Below, piece after piece: positions 1 through 10,998 of a DNA stretch of 64,000 bases (the stretch's first letter is position 1; every line of letters starts with the position of its first letter). The position numbers and the translations under genes are program-made. Under the pieces are notes generated by a model, which was not told where the DNA came from, did not search any database, and saw nothing but the letters and a program-made list of their open reading frames with translations. The DNA is taken from the IMG/VR virus record IMGVR_UViG_3300045988_176357, positions 64,001 through 128,000 of that record; one strand, 5' to 3'. This DNA is from a virus.

Positions 1-897
1 GGCTGTGACAGCAACGGCAGCGAAGCTATGTACAAGGTAAGGAACGTTGTTCCCAGAGTGCCTGACAAAAAGAGCAAGTTCCGCAAGATCATACTCCAGT
101 CCGGCAGAACACTCATCACATCACCGTGCCACAAGTGGTACATATACAAAGACGACAAGTTCAACCTTGTTCCTGCTTCGTAGCTCAAACAGGGCATGCT
201 TGTTCCAAGAACAGTGTTCCAGACTGTACCTGTAAGGAGTGCAACTGTAGCAGGCAAGCCTGTCACAAGAGAGATAGCAGTCCTTATGGGAAGACTTTGC
301 GCCTCTTTGTAGGTAGTGGGAACAACTGTCAGGTTCTCTTTCGTTCGCGACAGGAACCCTGAAACAGACCAGAGACAGGACATCACAGACGCTCTTGCAC
401 AGCTCGGTGTTGTGAACTACACGATATACACGCACAAATAGCAGACCTGGTGCAACATCAAGGACTGCGTCTTCAGGGACTGGATTGCGTAGAACATCGG
501 TCGCGATTAGCAGCACAAACGCATACCGAAAAGCATGCTCTCACTCGACAGAGGCTATACGAGCATCTTCCTCGATTCCTTCTTCAAGACTCTGGATACA
601 GTCGCATAGGACATCACAGGTGACAACTGGCTGCTCAGGCTTCCCAATCCCACTGTGCGCGACGGTGTTGCGTTCATGCTCACGAAGATCGACACCGATA
701 CCAATTTCAGAGACGCAGTGCTTCCTGATCACAGAATCCACAGAGCACTGCACTTGCTTCCCATACAGAGAGGCAAGCACGATGTCATCCTGTAGCCCAT
801 TGTCAGCATAGAGGAAATGCCGACACCTGGAATGATGATCGACATCGACTGTGACGACAACGTGTACGCAGTTGCGAACGGCATCATCACACATAAC
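1..897 (+). mobile_element. Intein in RpoB (5'-partial); C-terminal splice junction ...VYAVANGIITHN|S at 895-900
   Basis: Block F/G-like DIDCDDNVYAVANGIITHN is followed by Ser and then rpoB extein resumes (SKYGTQAVPLQQRQA). The insertion lies just before the conserved QRQA region. N-terminal boundary is outside the window. Confidence 0.6.
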
Positions 898-3800
898 AGC
901 AAGTACGGAACACAGGCAGTCCCTCTCCAGTAGCGTTAGGCTCCTTTTGTTCGCGCACTTGACTAGCAGTCCGGATAGGACATGCCTACGAGACTCGGAA
1001 GACTCCTCGGCACACAGTGGGCATAGAAGCCAGGTATGGTGAAAGCTGTTCGCAAGGACAGAATCGACATGCTGTACGACGACGGCACGAAGGGATCAGT
1101 GTATCTGTACGACAACTTCCCTGCCAATGCGAAGGGCTGGCTGACCAACTACGTGAAGGTCAAGGCCGGTGACAAGGTTGCTAAGGGGCAGCTGCTGGCG
1201 TCTTCCAACTACACTGACGACAACGGCGTTGCAGCTACAGGCAGGAACCTGCGTGTAGGCTACATGAGCTATCATGGCGCGACGTATGAGGATGCCTGTG
1301 CACTGTCGTAGTCGGCTGCGAAGAAGATGGGCTACACGATCATGTACAAGACAGGCATGGACAAGGACAAGTCCATCCGTACGTCCAAGCAGCTGTACAA
1401 CACCTGGAAGCCAGGACAGTACACAAAGTAGCAGCTGTAGAAGCTGGACGATTTCGGCGTGGTCAAGCCGGGCACTGTTTTGCAACCTGGCGACCCGATG
1501 ATCCTTGGTATCCGAACTACTGAGCCCTCGCCCGGCACACTTGGCAAGAGGATCCTCACCGATGTTACCTAGACATGGTAGCACAGCACACCGGGCACAG
1601 TCACGGACGTGACGAATACCAAGAGCGGCATCAAGGTGTACGCTACCGTCAGCAAGCCACTGTAGGTAGGTGACAAGATGTGCTACGATGAGTAGACGTA
1701 GGTACTGACAGCTGATGGCTGGAAGCGTTTTGCTCAACTCACATTGCATGACAAAGTGTACACGCTCGATCCTGATTCCGATACCATATAGCTGCAGCAC
1801 CCTGTGATGGTACACAGATACAGACATAAGGATCCGATGTACAAGCTCTGCACAAGAGACATCGACCTTATGGTCACTCCCAACCACAGGAACCTTGTCA
1901 GGATACATGCCGCACAGGGACCTGCCAAGTATCGGCTGGTGCAGGCAAGTGAGCATTATGGCGAGCTGCTGTAGATGCGTACAGGTGCGGAAGGTGCTCG
2001 CCGGGATGTGCCCGTGAACTACGCTGCGGACGACGTGTAGCAGTGGGTCGCCTACGACGGCTACGTGTACTGTGCCACTGTGTAGAAGTACCATACGCTG
2101 TACGTGCGCAGGAACGGCAAGGCAGTATGGTCAGGCAACTCTGGCTTCTAGGGCTCCAAAGGCACGGTCGCACAGGTCATCCCTGACGACAAGATGCCGA
2201 GGGACTCGCAGGGCAGGCCGCTGTAGCTGCTGTTCGACCCGCTTGGAATCATCAGTCGCACAAATCCCTCGCAGCTCATGCAGGCAGGACTCGGCAAAGT
2301 GGCAGCCAAGACAGGCAAGCCCATAGTGATGCCTCAGTTCATGCCCAAGGGACAATCAAGGCTCAAGTATGTCAAGGACCTCATGAAGAAGAACAATGTT
2401 CCATGGTCCTAGGACGTGTACGATCCGTAGTCAGGGCGCACAATCAAGAACGTCTTCACAGGCGTCGCCTACTACATGCCTCTCAAGCACCTTGCATAGT
2501 CCAAGATGAGTGCACGAGGCACTGAAGGGTACGATGCATCAGGTGTGCCGAAGTCCGGTGGTGAGCATGGAAGCAAGAAAATAGGACAGCTGTAGAGCAG
2601 CGCTCTGGTCGGACACGACGCCTTCGACTTCCTCACTCAGGACGCCAAGCTCATACGCGGCCAGTCCAACGCCGACTTCTGGCGCTCCATTCGCACAGGC
2701 CAGATACCTGTCGTCCCGGGCTAGCCTCTCGTGCACAAGAAGTTCTTCGCGCACCTGCAGGCTTCTGGACTCAACGTCCGCAGATCCAAGTAGGGCGTCT
2801 CTCTGTTCGCACTCTCCACAAAGGACGTGGACGACATGGCAGGCAACAGATAGCTCAAGTCAACAGACACATACGAGCAGAAGAACTTCAGACCCATCGA
2901 CGGCGGTCTCTTCGGACAGGACATCTTCGGACCCGACGGCATGAACTGGGGCTACATTCAGCTCGACAGCCCTCTCCCGAACCCCGTCATGTAGTAGCCG
3001 CTTGCGCGTCTCCTGCGCATGTCCGACAAGGACTTCCAGGCAGTCGCTCAGGGCAGAGCCACGGTCAATGGCATCTCCAACGCAACATAGATGAAACAGG
3101 CGCTGGCAAAGATCGACCTGTAGAAGGAAGCCCAGCAGTCGCTCGTATAGCTCAAGGATGCACGGCCCTCAAAGAAGGACGCTGCGCTGAAGCGCTATGT
3201 AGCCATTGCCAAGATGCGCGACAACGGTGTTCCTCCTCAGGACTACATGCTGGACAGAATACCGGTGCTGCCTCCCAAGTTCCGCCCGATCACACAGCAC
3301 GGCGGTCTCACAATGGTAGCAGACAGCAACTACCTGTATGCGCAGCTGCTGAACGCAAGGGACGACCTGCGCTAGGCACAGAAAGAAGGACTGCCCGCTG
3401 AGTACATCACCGACGCGAACGCGAAGCTTTACACGAAGTGGAAGGAACTGGTGGGGCTGTACGACCCATAGGACGTGAAGCTGAAGAACAAGTCGGTGAA
3501 GGGCCTGCTGAAGTGGGCCCTCGGCACGAGTCCCAAGCGCTCGGCGTTCGCCACGAAGGTGCTGGGGTCGACGGTGGACACTGTGGGACGCGGAGTCATT
3601 GTTCCCAGTACTAAATTACGATTGAATGAGATCGGGATGCCGGTGGACATGGCGTGGGATGTATATGCGCCTTTTGTGGTGCGCAAGCTGGTGCAGCGGA
3701 ACTACACACCTGTGGACGCCATGAAGATGGTCAAGTAGCGTGTGCCTGCGGCGTTCGATGCACTGCAGCAGGCGGTGAGCGAGCGGCCTGTGGTCATGAA

Positions 3801-5889
3801 CCGCGCTCCCTCGCTGCACAAGCTCAGTCTCATGGGCTTCAATGTGAGGCTGACAAGCGGCAAAGCTATCAAGATCAACCCCTCAATTGTTGTCCCGTAC
3901 GGAGCTGACTTTGACGGAGACTCATGTAAGTCGTTGATAATCATATGGTTACAACAAAAATAGGGCTCTCAGGTAGCAAAAAAGATATATAGAGGCAGTT
4001 AGAATTGGCACTTGACAAATGCGAAATCTGGTGTATATTACCTTCATAATGACAAGGAGCCGCAGCTCCAGAACCAACAATAGAAAGAAGGTAATACAAT
4101 GATTTCCAAAAATGAAAAAGTCTCAGTGATGCCGTATCTTATGGAACTCTCTGAAGTTCCTGTCATCAAAGGATCGGAAGTTGCCAAGTCGCCTACTGTC
4201 ACCGAATGGGATGTTGAGGAAGGCACTTTGGTGAACACCATAGACCCTGCTACAGGTGAGATTGTGTTTGCTCCCATGACAAAGGTATCCAGGCACACAA
4301 ACCTGAAAATGTTCGACGTGAAGTTCGGTATCAGCGGAGCCTATGAGCACATGTCCACAGTGTCTGAGGATCACAGCTTGATCACATATAACAGCACATC
4401 TATGGAACTGGAAAAGACCAGACCTGAAGAAGCCCTCGGCGCATGTGTTCCGATGACCAGATTCAACTGGTGCAACAAGGTTAACGATGAGCAGGGATGT
4501 GCAACTCATATCAACTTCCCGTCTGGTAACTACTCACTGTCCTACGATATGGGTGTCTTCTTTGGCCTCATGGTCGGTGACGGTTGGGTAGCCAGCACAA
4601 GTGCCAACACAAAGGTGGCCCATATCGCTTGCTGCGAAGAGTCCCTGCAGAACTACATATTGGAACTGACAAAGAGCGCGTCTATGCCGTTCACCAAACA
4701 GGCGGCACTATTCAGCTATGCAGCGGATGAACAGAGATTCAGCCAGCGAGACAAGCAGAGATTCACTATCTACATGGATAACGAAGATAAGGCGTTCCTT
4801 GAGAAGCTCATAGGTCATGGTGCCGAGAACAAACATATCCCCTATAAGAGCTTCATGGGAAGCATAGCACACATGATTGGCGTCCTTATGGGTCTGCTTG
4901 CTACAGATGGCGCGGTATCACATACGCCTGGAAGCGGAAACAGAAAGTCAGCTAAGAAAGCTATCATTTACCACACTGTAAGTCCTACACTGAGAGATGG
5001 AGTGCAGGATTTGGCATGCAGGCTTGGTATAAAGACAAGTGTCACGACATACACTGGCACATCTTCTGGAAACACAGCATATGCAATTGTGTTCTCACTT
5101 GAGGACTTTGCTAGACTGTACGATAAGAATCCGACAAGATGTGTGATACCTGTCAGCTATAAGCAGGAAGCTCTTATGCGTATCGTTAACGATGTGCATG
5201 AGAACAATAAAGCGTCGTGCAAGACCACCGTCACTTCTTATGATATAGTGCCGTTCCCTCGCGGACTGTTCTGCGAGTTCAGCTGGGCAAAGATTGTCGA
5301 CATCTCAAGAGACAGTGTCATAGCTGCACGTACCAAAGGCTTCATAAAGAGAAGCGTCGCAAAGCGTATTGCAGATGCTCTTGAGCGTCGCGACTGGTCT
5401 ATCTACAAAGATCCTGCATACCTCAAGAAAGCTGACCAGACGCATCGCACTCCCGCCCAGGCCAAGGCACTTGTGGACAAGTGGATCGCCATGGTACGCA
5501 ACGACGACATCGGCTGGGAAGTCGTGACAGACGTGACTCCGTCCACATGCACTGAGGGATGGGACTGCACAGTGCCTGGACCGTACACCTTCTCGCTCAG
5601 CACAGGAACTATTGTGCAGGACACCGTGAACCTGCACGTGCCTGTTTCACAGGCCGGTATCCGCGACGTGCGCTAGAAGATGATGCCCGAGCACAATCTG
5701 ATCTCAGCGAGAAAGCGCAAGATATTATACGCACCGTAGAAAGCTTATACGCAGGGACTCTATGTAGCCACAAGAATGGGTGAGGCCAAGGACGTGAAGA
5801 CCTTCAACACGCTGCAGGAAGCCAAAGACGCCTACAGAAAAGGCCTCATCGACGTGGATACACCGATACTGATCAAGGAGAAGCGATGA
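1..5889 (+). CDS. rpoB-rpoC: RNA polymerase beta (C-terminal two-thirds, 5'-partial) fused in frame to beta' N-terminal half; TAG read as sense; ends at TGA 5887-5889
   Basis: Frame 1 has no TAA/TGA from nt 1 to 5886 but about 60 in-frame TAGs. Translation matches bacterial RpoB: SKYGTQAVPLQ-Q-R-Q-APFVRA (QRQA motif, both Q encoded by TAG), MSYHGATYEDA (MPWNGYNFEDS), KPLQVGDKM...SGFQGSKGTVAQV (GDKMAGRHGNKGV), LLFDPLGIISRTNPSQLMQAGLG, AYYMPLKHLAQSKMSARG, RPIDGGLFGQDIFGP. It continues without a stop into beta': IPVLPPKFRPI, NRAPSLHKLS, PYGADFDGD, and after the insertion LHVPVSQAGIRDVR...GLYVATRM...AYRKGLIDVDTPILIKEKR. Confidence 0.85.
1681..2139 (+). mobile_element. Mini-intein (153 aa, no endonuclease domain) in RpoB between GDKM and SGFQGSKG
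   Basis: Starts CYDEQTQVLTADGWKRF (Hint block A); block B DLMVTPNHRNLV; block F/G GYVYCATVQKYHTLYVRRNGKAVWSGN followed by +1 Ser. Flanking exteins reconstitute the RpoB motif GDKM|SGFQGSKG. Confidence 0.8.
3922..5622 (+). mobile_element. In-frame intein-like insertion with double LAGLIDADG homing-endonuclease motifs in beta' at the NADFDGD catalytic loop; exact splice junctions uncertain
   Basis: Same frame as flanking rpoC when the three TAGs at 3961, 4000 and 4081 are read through. Hint block B-like TVSEDHSLIT. LAGLIDADG-like motifs GLMVGDGWVAS and MGLLATDGAVS. Extein resumes TVNLHVPVSQ, matching QMAVHVPLS after DGD. Junction residues (S or C at the start, D or N at the end) are non-canonical. 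Confidence 0.55.
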
Positions 5890-6218
5890 CATACGCACAG
5901 GCATACGGACTCACCAAGCAGGCTAACACATAGCAGACTGCGGATAGCGCATTGCAGGATGCCTTCAACCTCGGCGGCCGAATGGGAGGCGCTGTCGGTG
6001 GAGGCACTGCAGGACTTGTAGGCGGAGGTCTTGCAGGCGCCGCGCTTGGGTACAATTTGCCTGACTGGTTCAGCAAGGCACAGAAAGCGGGCAAGCTGAA
6101 CAAGATTCTGGCTGCACTGGGCGGCGGTGTGCTCGGCGCAGGTGCAGGTCTGGTTGCCGGTGCTCATGGCGGTCACTGGATGGGCGGCCGCATCATGGAC
6201 GCAATCTCGAAGCAGTAA
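5886..6218 (+). CDS. Gly/Ala-rich glycine-zipper small protein; ATG overlaps rpoC-N stop (ATGA)
   Basis: ORF MTYAQAYGLTKQANTQQTADSALQDAFNLGGRMGGAVGGGTAGLVGGGLAGAALGYNL...ALGGGVLGAGAGLVAGAHGG, two TAGs, TAA stop. Confidence 0.5.
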
Positions 6219-6278
6219 CGTGCAGCTGGGCCGTACAACTAAGAATCGAAGAACATATACCTAGCAGTTGATGGCATA

Positions 6279-6971
6279 ATGCGTACCTACACACAGATAT
6301 ACAAGCAAGCCAGAGATCTGAGAGATGCAGCAAAAGACGCCCGATGGCGTGCTTAGCTGAAGCACTTTGTGGATACCCTTCCGGATCTGTCACTTATGCA
6401 TCCTGATCTGACTCCGCAGCAGTACGCCGCCAAGGTGAAAGCTTCTCCGCCAGTTCCTTTACAGCCTTTCTCAGCTAAAGTTCTGCGTCCCTATTCCAGT
6501 GCTGCCGGTACTTACAAGCAGAACTTACAGAATGCAGCCATAAATGCCCTTGCGCAGACATAGTCCAGTAATAACAGGTTCGCCGTATCTGCTCCCGATA
6601 GGAAAGGCAGACAAGCTGTTGGAACATACCAGATACGTAGGCCAGCATTGGAACAGCTGAAGAAATGGAAGCTTGTTAAGCCGCATGTTACACAATAGGA
6701 TATTCTGTATGATGCATAGCTGAACAAGACACTAGGACCGCAGTACTTTCAGCGTATAAGTAAAGGCAGCCCATCTCCAGCTGTAGCCTATGCAAGATAC
6801 TTCAGAGGGCCTAATGCATATAAGAATGCTCTGAACAGAGGCTAGCTGCCAAAGGGAACCACGGAATAGGCATGGGCAAATAAGTTCAAGTAGGTACAGA
6901 GATACATGCAGAACTATAACAGGTAGCTGAAGCGCATTCCGGCAACCTCGAAAGGACCTGTGCAGCGATGA
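6279..6971 (+). CDS. Hypothetical protein, weak lysozyme / lytic-transglycosylase-like motifs
   Basis: Frame 0 open 6243-6971 with 9 TAGs. GTYQIRRPALEQL...YDAQLNKTLGPQYF...AVAYARYFRGPNAYKNAL. No catalytic Glu identified. Confidence 0.3.
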
Positions 6972-8272
6972 TCCCAGGGCTCCCCGACAGGCGCAACTAC
7001 GGTGACCTCGCGTCGCTGAAGCCATAGCAGACGTACACATTGCTGCGGCAGCTGCACAATGCACAGCGTGCCGGACGGCACGTGGACTTCCGCATAGGTT
7101 CTCCGTAGCTTGGTCTGTTCAGCTGGGCAGCACCTAAAGACCTTCCGACGCAGGCAGGCCAGAAACGGCTCCTCATATCGCAGCCTCTGCACACGTACGC
7201 ATACAAGGACTTCACAGGTCCCATCTATTCAGCTTATGGGCGTGGCACTGTATAGAAGCTTTAGTAGACGCCTATAGTCATCCTGCAGAACAGCCCTGAC
7301 AAGATCAAGTTCACACGCGCCGACAAGCGCAACGCGCCGGTGTACACAATGATCCGCACGCGCAACGGCAACTGGCTCACGTCCATCGTCAGCGACGACG
7401 CGCCGCCTGTCATCAGGCAGTACGACAAGTAGCACTTCAAAAGCATCTCACTGCAGCAGGCAGCCAATCTACTGGACCTTGGCGCTCAGGCCTATCCGAA
7501 GGCGGACGGCACAGGAGCACTCGCACAGGTGCGCAAGAACAGCATATAGGTGTACGGGATCCGCAAGGACAAGAACGGAAATCTGATACGATACACAGAC
7601 CACATAGGCGGACTCAGGGACATGAAGATCCCTCCGCAGCTTGTAGGCAAGGTATTCCGTGTAGAGGTCACAGGTTAGCAGAATGGCAGACCCATACAGC
7701 CCAATACTCTCTCAGGACTGCTCAATGCTTCTCTGCAGAGGAACATACAGGCACGCAAAGACAATAACATCAATCTGTTCATGTATGCACTTGCTCTTGC
7801 AGACAAGCAGGATCAATATGACAAACAGCAAGTTAACGAGCTTGTCTCCCAGCTGCAGTCTCCGAAGCTGCGTACATTGCCGAAGGTAACAGCACAGTAG
7901 TTCCAGGATCAGCTCAGACAGATGCGTGAGGGTACACATCCCATAACTCAGTAGGGCTTCATAATCCATCCCAAAGGTGGAAGACCGCTCAAAGCTAAAT
8001 TGCTGCAGGATGCAGATGTCATAGTACGTGATATATTCCCTGCATAGACACAGGATGGACAACGCGCAGGAGGATTCACGTACAGCTTGCCTGGACAGTA
8101 GACTGTTGTAGGCAGAGTAGGCACCGGTTTTACACATCAGCAGCTGCAGGATATGCTGCAGCATCCATAGCAATACACAGGCAGGACAGCAAAGATACAT
8201 GCGATGTCTCAGTATCCTTCAGGTGCATACAGAGCTCCTGCCTTCATATCTTTCAGAGCGGAAGGAGATTAA
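6968..8272 (+). CDS. ATP-dependent ligase-like nucleotidyltransferase
   Basis: Frame 2, ATGA overlap with upstream stop, about 20 TAGs. Motif I AYPKADGTGA (KxDG); NINLFMYALALAD; QGFIIHPKGG (motif IV-like); RPLKAKLL (motif V-like); PAFISFRAEGD (motif VI-like). Confidence 0.5.
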
Positions 8273-8617
8273 ATGCCCATTCATCAGAACGAAGACGGTA
8301 CCTGGCAGTGGGGCAAGTCAGGTAAGAAATACAAGAACAAGCAGGACGCAATAAAACAGATGCAGGCTATCTTCGCTTCCGGTTACAGAGAACCTGGGCA
8401 ACGCAAGAAAGCCGGGCTTACCTACATGTCTGCGTACCTGATTAAAAGAGCTGGTGGCGGTTCCTTCCAGGACTACATGAACTCCAATATTCCTGTGGAA
8501 AATGTGGAGCAGAGTCCGCAAAACAATGTGAAACAGGAACCTGAGAAACCTGCACAACAGCCGCCGACCCAGCAGCTTAACAGGCTTACGGGAATCTCTT
8601 TCTAGGAAATCAAATAA
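8273..8617 (+). CDS. Small hypothetical protein (MPIHQNEDGTWQWGKSGKKYKNKQDAIKQMQAIFASGY...)
   Basis: ATG immediately after ligase TAA; one TAG read-through at 8606 extends it to TAA 8615-8617. Confidence 0.5.
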
Positions 8618-8630
8618 GGACCTTATTAAT

Positions 8631-8969
8631 ATGACTTACATCGAAGCCTACAATATGTATAAGCAGGCTGCTCAGGTGAATGCTCCTGCTGCACATCCTT
8701 CTGTAACACCATCCGTTGCCACGAAACCTGCATTTGGTCAGTCGTATGTTAACGGCGGTTCAAAAATGCCTGACCTGCCGGGCACACGTACAGCAGTCAA
8801 AGGTGATACACCGTATCTGTACTGGACGCAGCTCGGCGGGAATAAACATATGCCGTGGCAAAAATGGCTGGGTCAGTTTCTGAAGGATAATCAGCTGAAA
8901 GCGGACGCCAAAGGCAGAGTTCTCCTGAAGCCAGGTCAGAACTATATGCTTGGCCCTGGAATTGAATAA
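8631..8969 (+). CDS. Hypothetical protein (112 aa)
   Basis: Standard ORF without TAG, TAA stop. Confidence 0.45.
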   Translation: MTYIEAYNMYKQAAQVNAPAAHPSVTPSVATKPAFGQSYVNGGSKMPDLPGTRTAVKGDTPYLYWTQLGGNKHMPWQKWLGQFLKDNQLKADAKGRVLLKPGQNYMLGPGIE

Positions 8970-8980
8970 TTGGAGTGACT

Positions 8981-9832
8981 ATGAGCTTTAAAGACATTTT
9001 CAAAGATATGAACAAGCAGGCGGCTTCGATGCTGACACCTTAGGCCATGCAGGCAGCGGCTGTGCCGCCTGAAGGTACTCCGCCTGCAGGTGCACCTATG
9101 GGAGGTGCTCCGATGGATCCGTCTATGATGGGTGCTCCGGCCGGTATGCCTGTGGATCCGGCGATGGCAGGCGCTGCTCCTGCAGGTGCTCCAATGGATC
9201 CGGCAATGATGGGTGGAGCTCCTATGGGGCCTGGACCTGATCCTGCCGGTGCGCCTGGAATGCCTGGAGCATCCGGAGCGTGGATGACTGATCCGATGTT
9301 CCTTGACTTCCTTATGCAGTCAGGTTTCCAGATCGATCAGGTTGGCAACGTAATCGATCCTAATGGACAGCCTATGGATCCTGCTATAATGGATCAGCTC
9401 TACGCTTAGTTTCAGGCACAGATGGGTGGAGCACAGCCAGACGTACAGGGAGCTCCCGCTGAAGGTGCACCTGCATAGCAGCCGCCGATGGAGCTGCCTT
9501 AGGAAGTGCTCAATCAGGTTGCAGGAATTGTGCAGGATGTTATCGACAGCTCTCTGGATGAGAAACTTTCCGCACTGGAGAAGAAGATATCTGCTTTCGC
9601 ATAGAAGCTCGATACCTTGAAGACCATGCTGGACGATATCCTTATCGGTAACACCAACCAGGATTCGCTTAACAAGTCCTAGGAAGCTTCCATTGACTCA
9701 CAGCTGTAGAAAGATCTGCGTTCAGCACAGCAGGTGGATGTGCAGTAGCCTGGAGGAACAGAACAGCTGCTTGCACCTGCTGCGGCTGTTCCTGCGTCCG
9801 GCAGCATATTGTAGCTTATGAGAGGTGCTTGA
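8981..9832 (+). CDS. Pro/Ala/Met/Gly tandem-repeat protein with coiled-coil-like C-terminus
   Basis: Frame 2 checked codon by codon. Repeats GAPMGGAPMDPSMMGAPAGMPVDPAMAGAAPAGAPMDPAMMGGAPMGPGPDPAGAPGMPGASGAWM, 14 TAGs, TGA stop. Confidence 0.6.
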
Positions 9833-10998
9833 TGGAAGTGTCCAGAAACATGAAGATTCTCGCAAAGCTTGCAAGCATAAATAAAGAAGCGCAGGGCAAT
9901 CCGATGCTCGTGTCTTCCCTTATCGGTGCCGGTGCTGGAGGACTTGCAGGAGACCTCACTTCACAGCTGCTGTGGAAGAAGCCGACTAAGACGCAGCGGA
10001 TTCTGTCTGCATTGGTCGGCGCCGGTCTTGGTGCAGGAACTGGCGCTGCTGTTACAGGTTCATTCGGACACAAAGCTGTATAGAATATTCCTGCGAGATT
10101 GCAGTCTATGTATTAGAATGCTATCGGCACAGTGTCAGGCAAATTGCCCTCCAAAGAGGACTTTGCATCCATGTCTCCTACAGCGAAAGCTATGTATGGC
10201 AGCACCAATACAGGAGATAAAGCTGCTGACAGACTAGGATCTGTTGTCAACACTCTGAAAAAGTCAGTAGTCGGATAGAATGACAAAGGCAGCGGTGTTA
10301 TAATTCCAGCACAGTTGGCAGCAGGAGGTATTGGCGGAGTCTTCGGCTGGAAAGGTGCTGTGTAGGCCCTTAACAGGCAGGGCAGACGAATACAGCTTAT
10401 AAAGGCTCTGGAAGATAAAGCAGGTGCTAATCCTGCGTTGTGGCGAGCTGCAGATATCTTGAAGATTTTCAAAATAAAAGGCGGCAATCCTGTTACTAAA
10501 CTTATCGATTAGATACAGGAAAGCTCTAAGCTTACAACGTCACCTCGTGCATATAAAAATAACCTTGCCAGTATAGTTCGGAATTTCCATAAGAGGAATG
10601 AAGCCAGTAAGGCTGCAGGTATGGGAGCTATAAGTGATACAATCCGGCAACGGTATTATGGAAAGTACAGGAACAAAGATCTTGATGCCTTCAGGCTGAA
10701 GGGCAGACAGAATGCCACAGCATTAGAGACCTTGTTCGGTTTGTCGAAACGCAGAGCCGGGCAGGTATTCGACAACACAGGTATCAAGACCGGTATATCC
10801 GCTGACGAAGCTGCCAAACTCCGGAATATGGTGACAAATCGTCCTCTTGGAAAGATGAAAGGTGCGGCTGGACTGCTGGCAGGTATCTTGTCTGCTGCTG
10901 CGTCGGCAGGTGGAGCCGGATATATAGGCAACGCACTTGCAGGTAACAATGCACGGTATCAGCAGGCGCTGACAAACCTGTAGAATGCTTATAAGTAA
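9832..10998 (+). CDS. Gly/Ala-rich hydrophobic (glycine-zipper) protein, possibly membrane or virion associated
   Basis: Frame 1 checked 9832-10998. Start ATG overlaps upstream TGA (TGATG). Segments LVSSLIGAGAGGLAG, ILSALVGAGLGAGTGAAV, AAGLLAGILSAAASAGGAGYIG. 8 TAGs, TAA stop. Confidence 0.55.

Noticed and set aside
1096-2094. 332-aa minus-strand ORF
   Set aside because: Lies antisense to the conserved rpoB coding frame; no recognisable motifs.
3964-4098. Possible group I intron (with intron-encoded LAGLIDADG ORF) in rpoC instead of an intein
   Set aside because: Reading frame is continuous across the segment when TAG is sense and continues in frame into the endonuclease and back into beta'. 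136 nt is too short for a group I core. An intein is more parsimonious, though RNA-level splicing was not excluded.
5886-10998. Split-intein arrangement joining the two rpoC halves
   Set aside because: The N-half ends and the C-half begins with beta' sequence aligned contiguously to E. coli beta'; no IntN or IntC Hint fragments flank the break.
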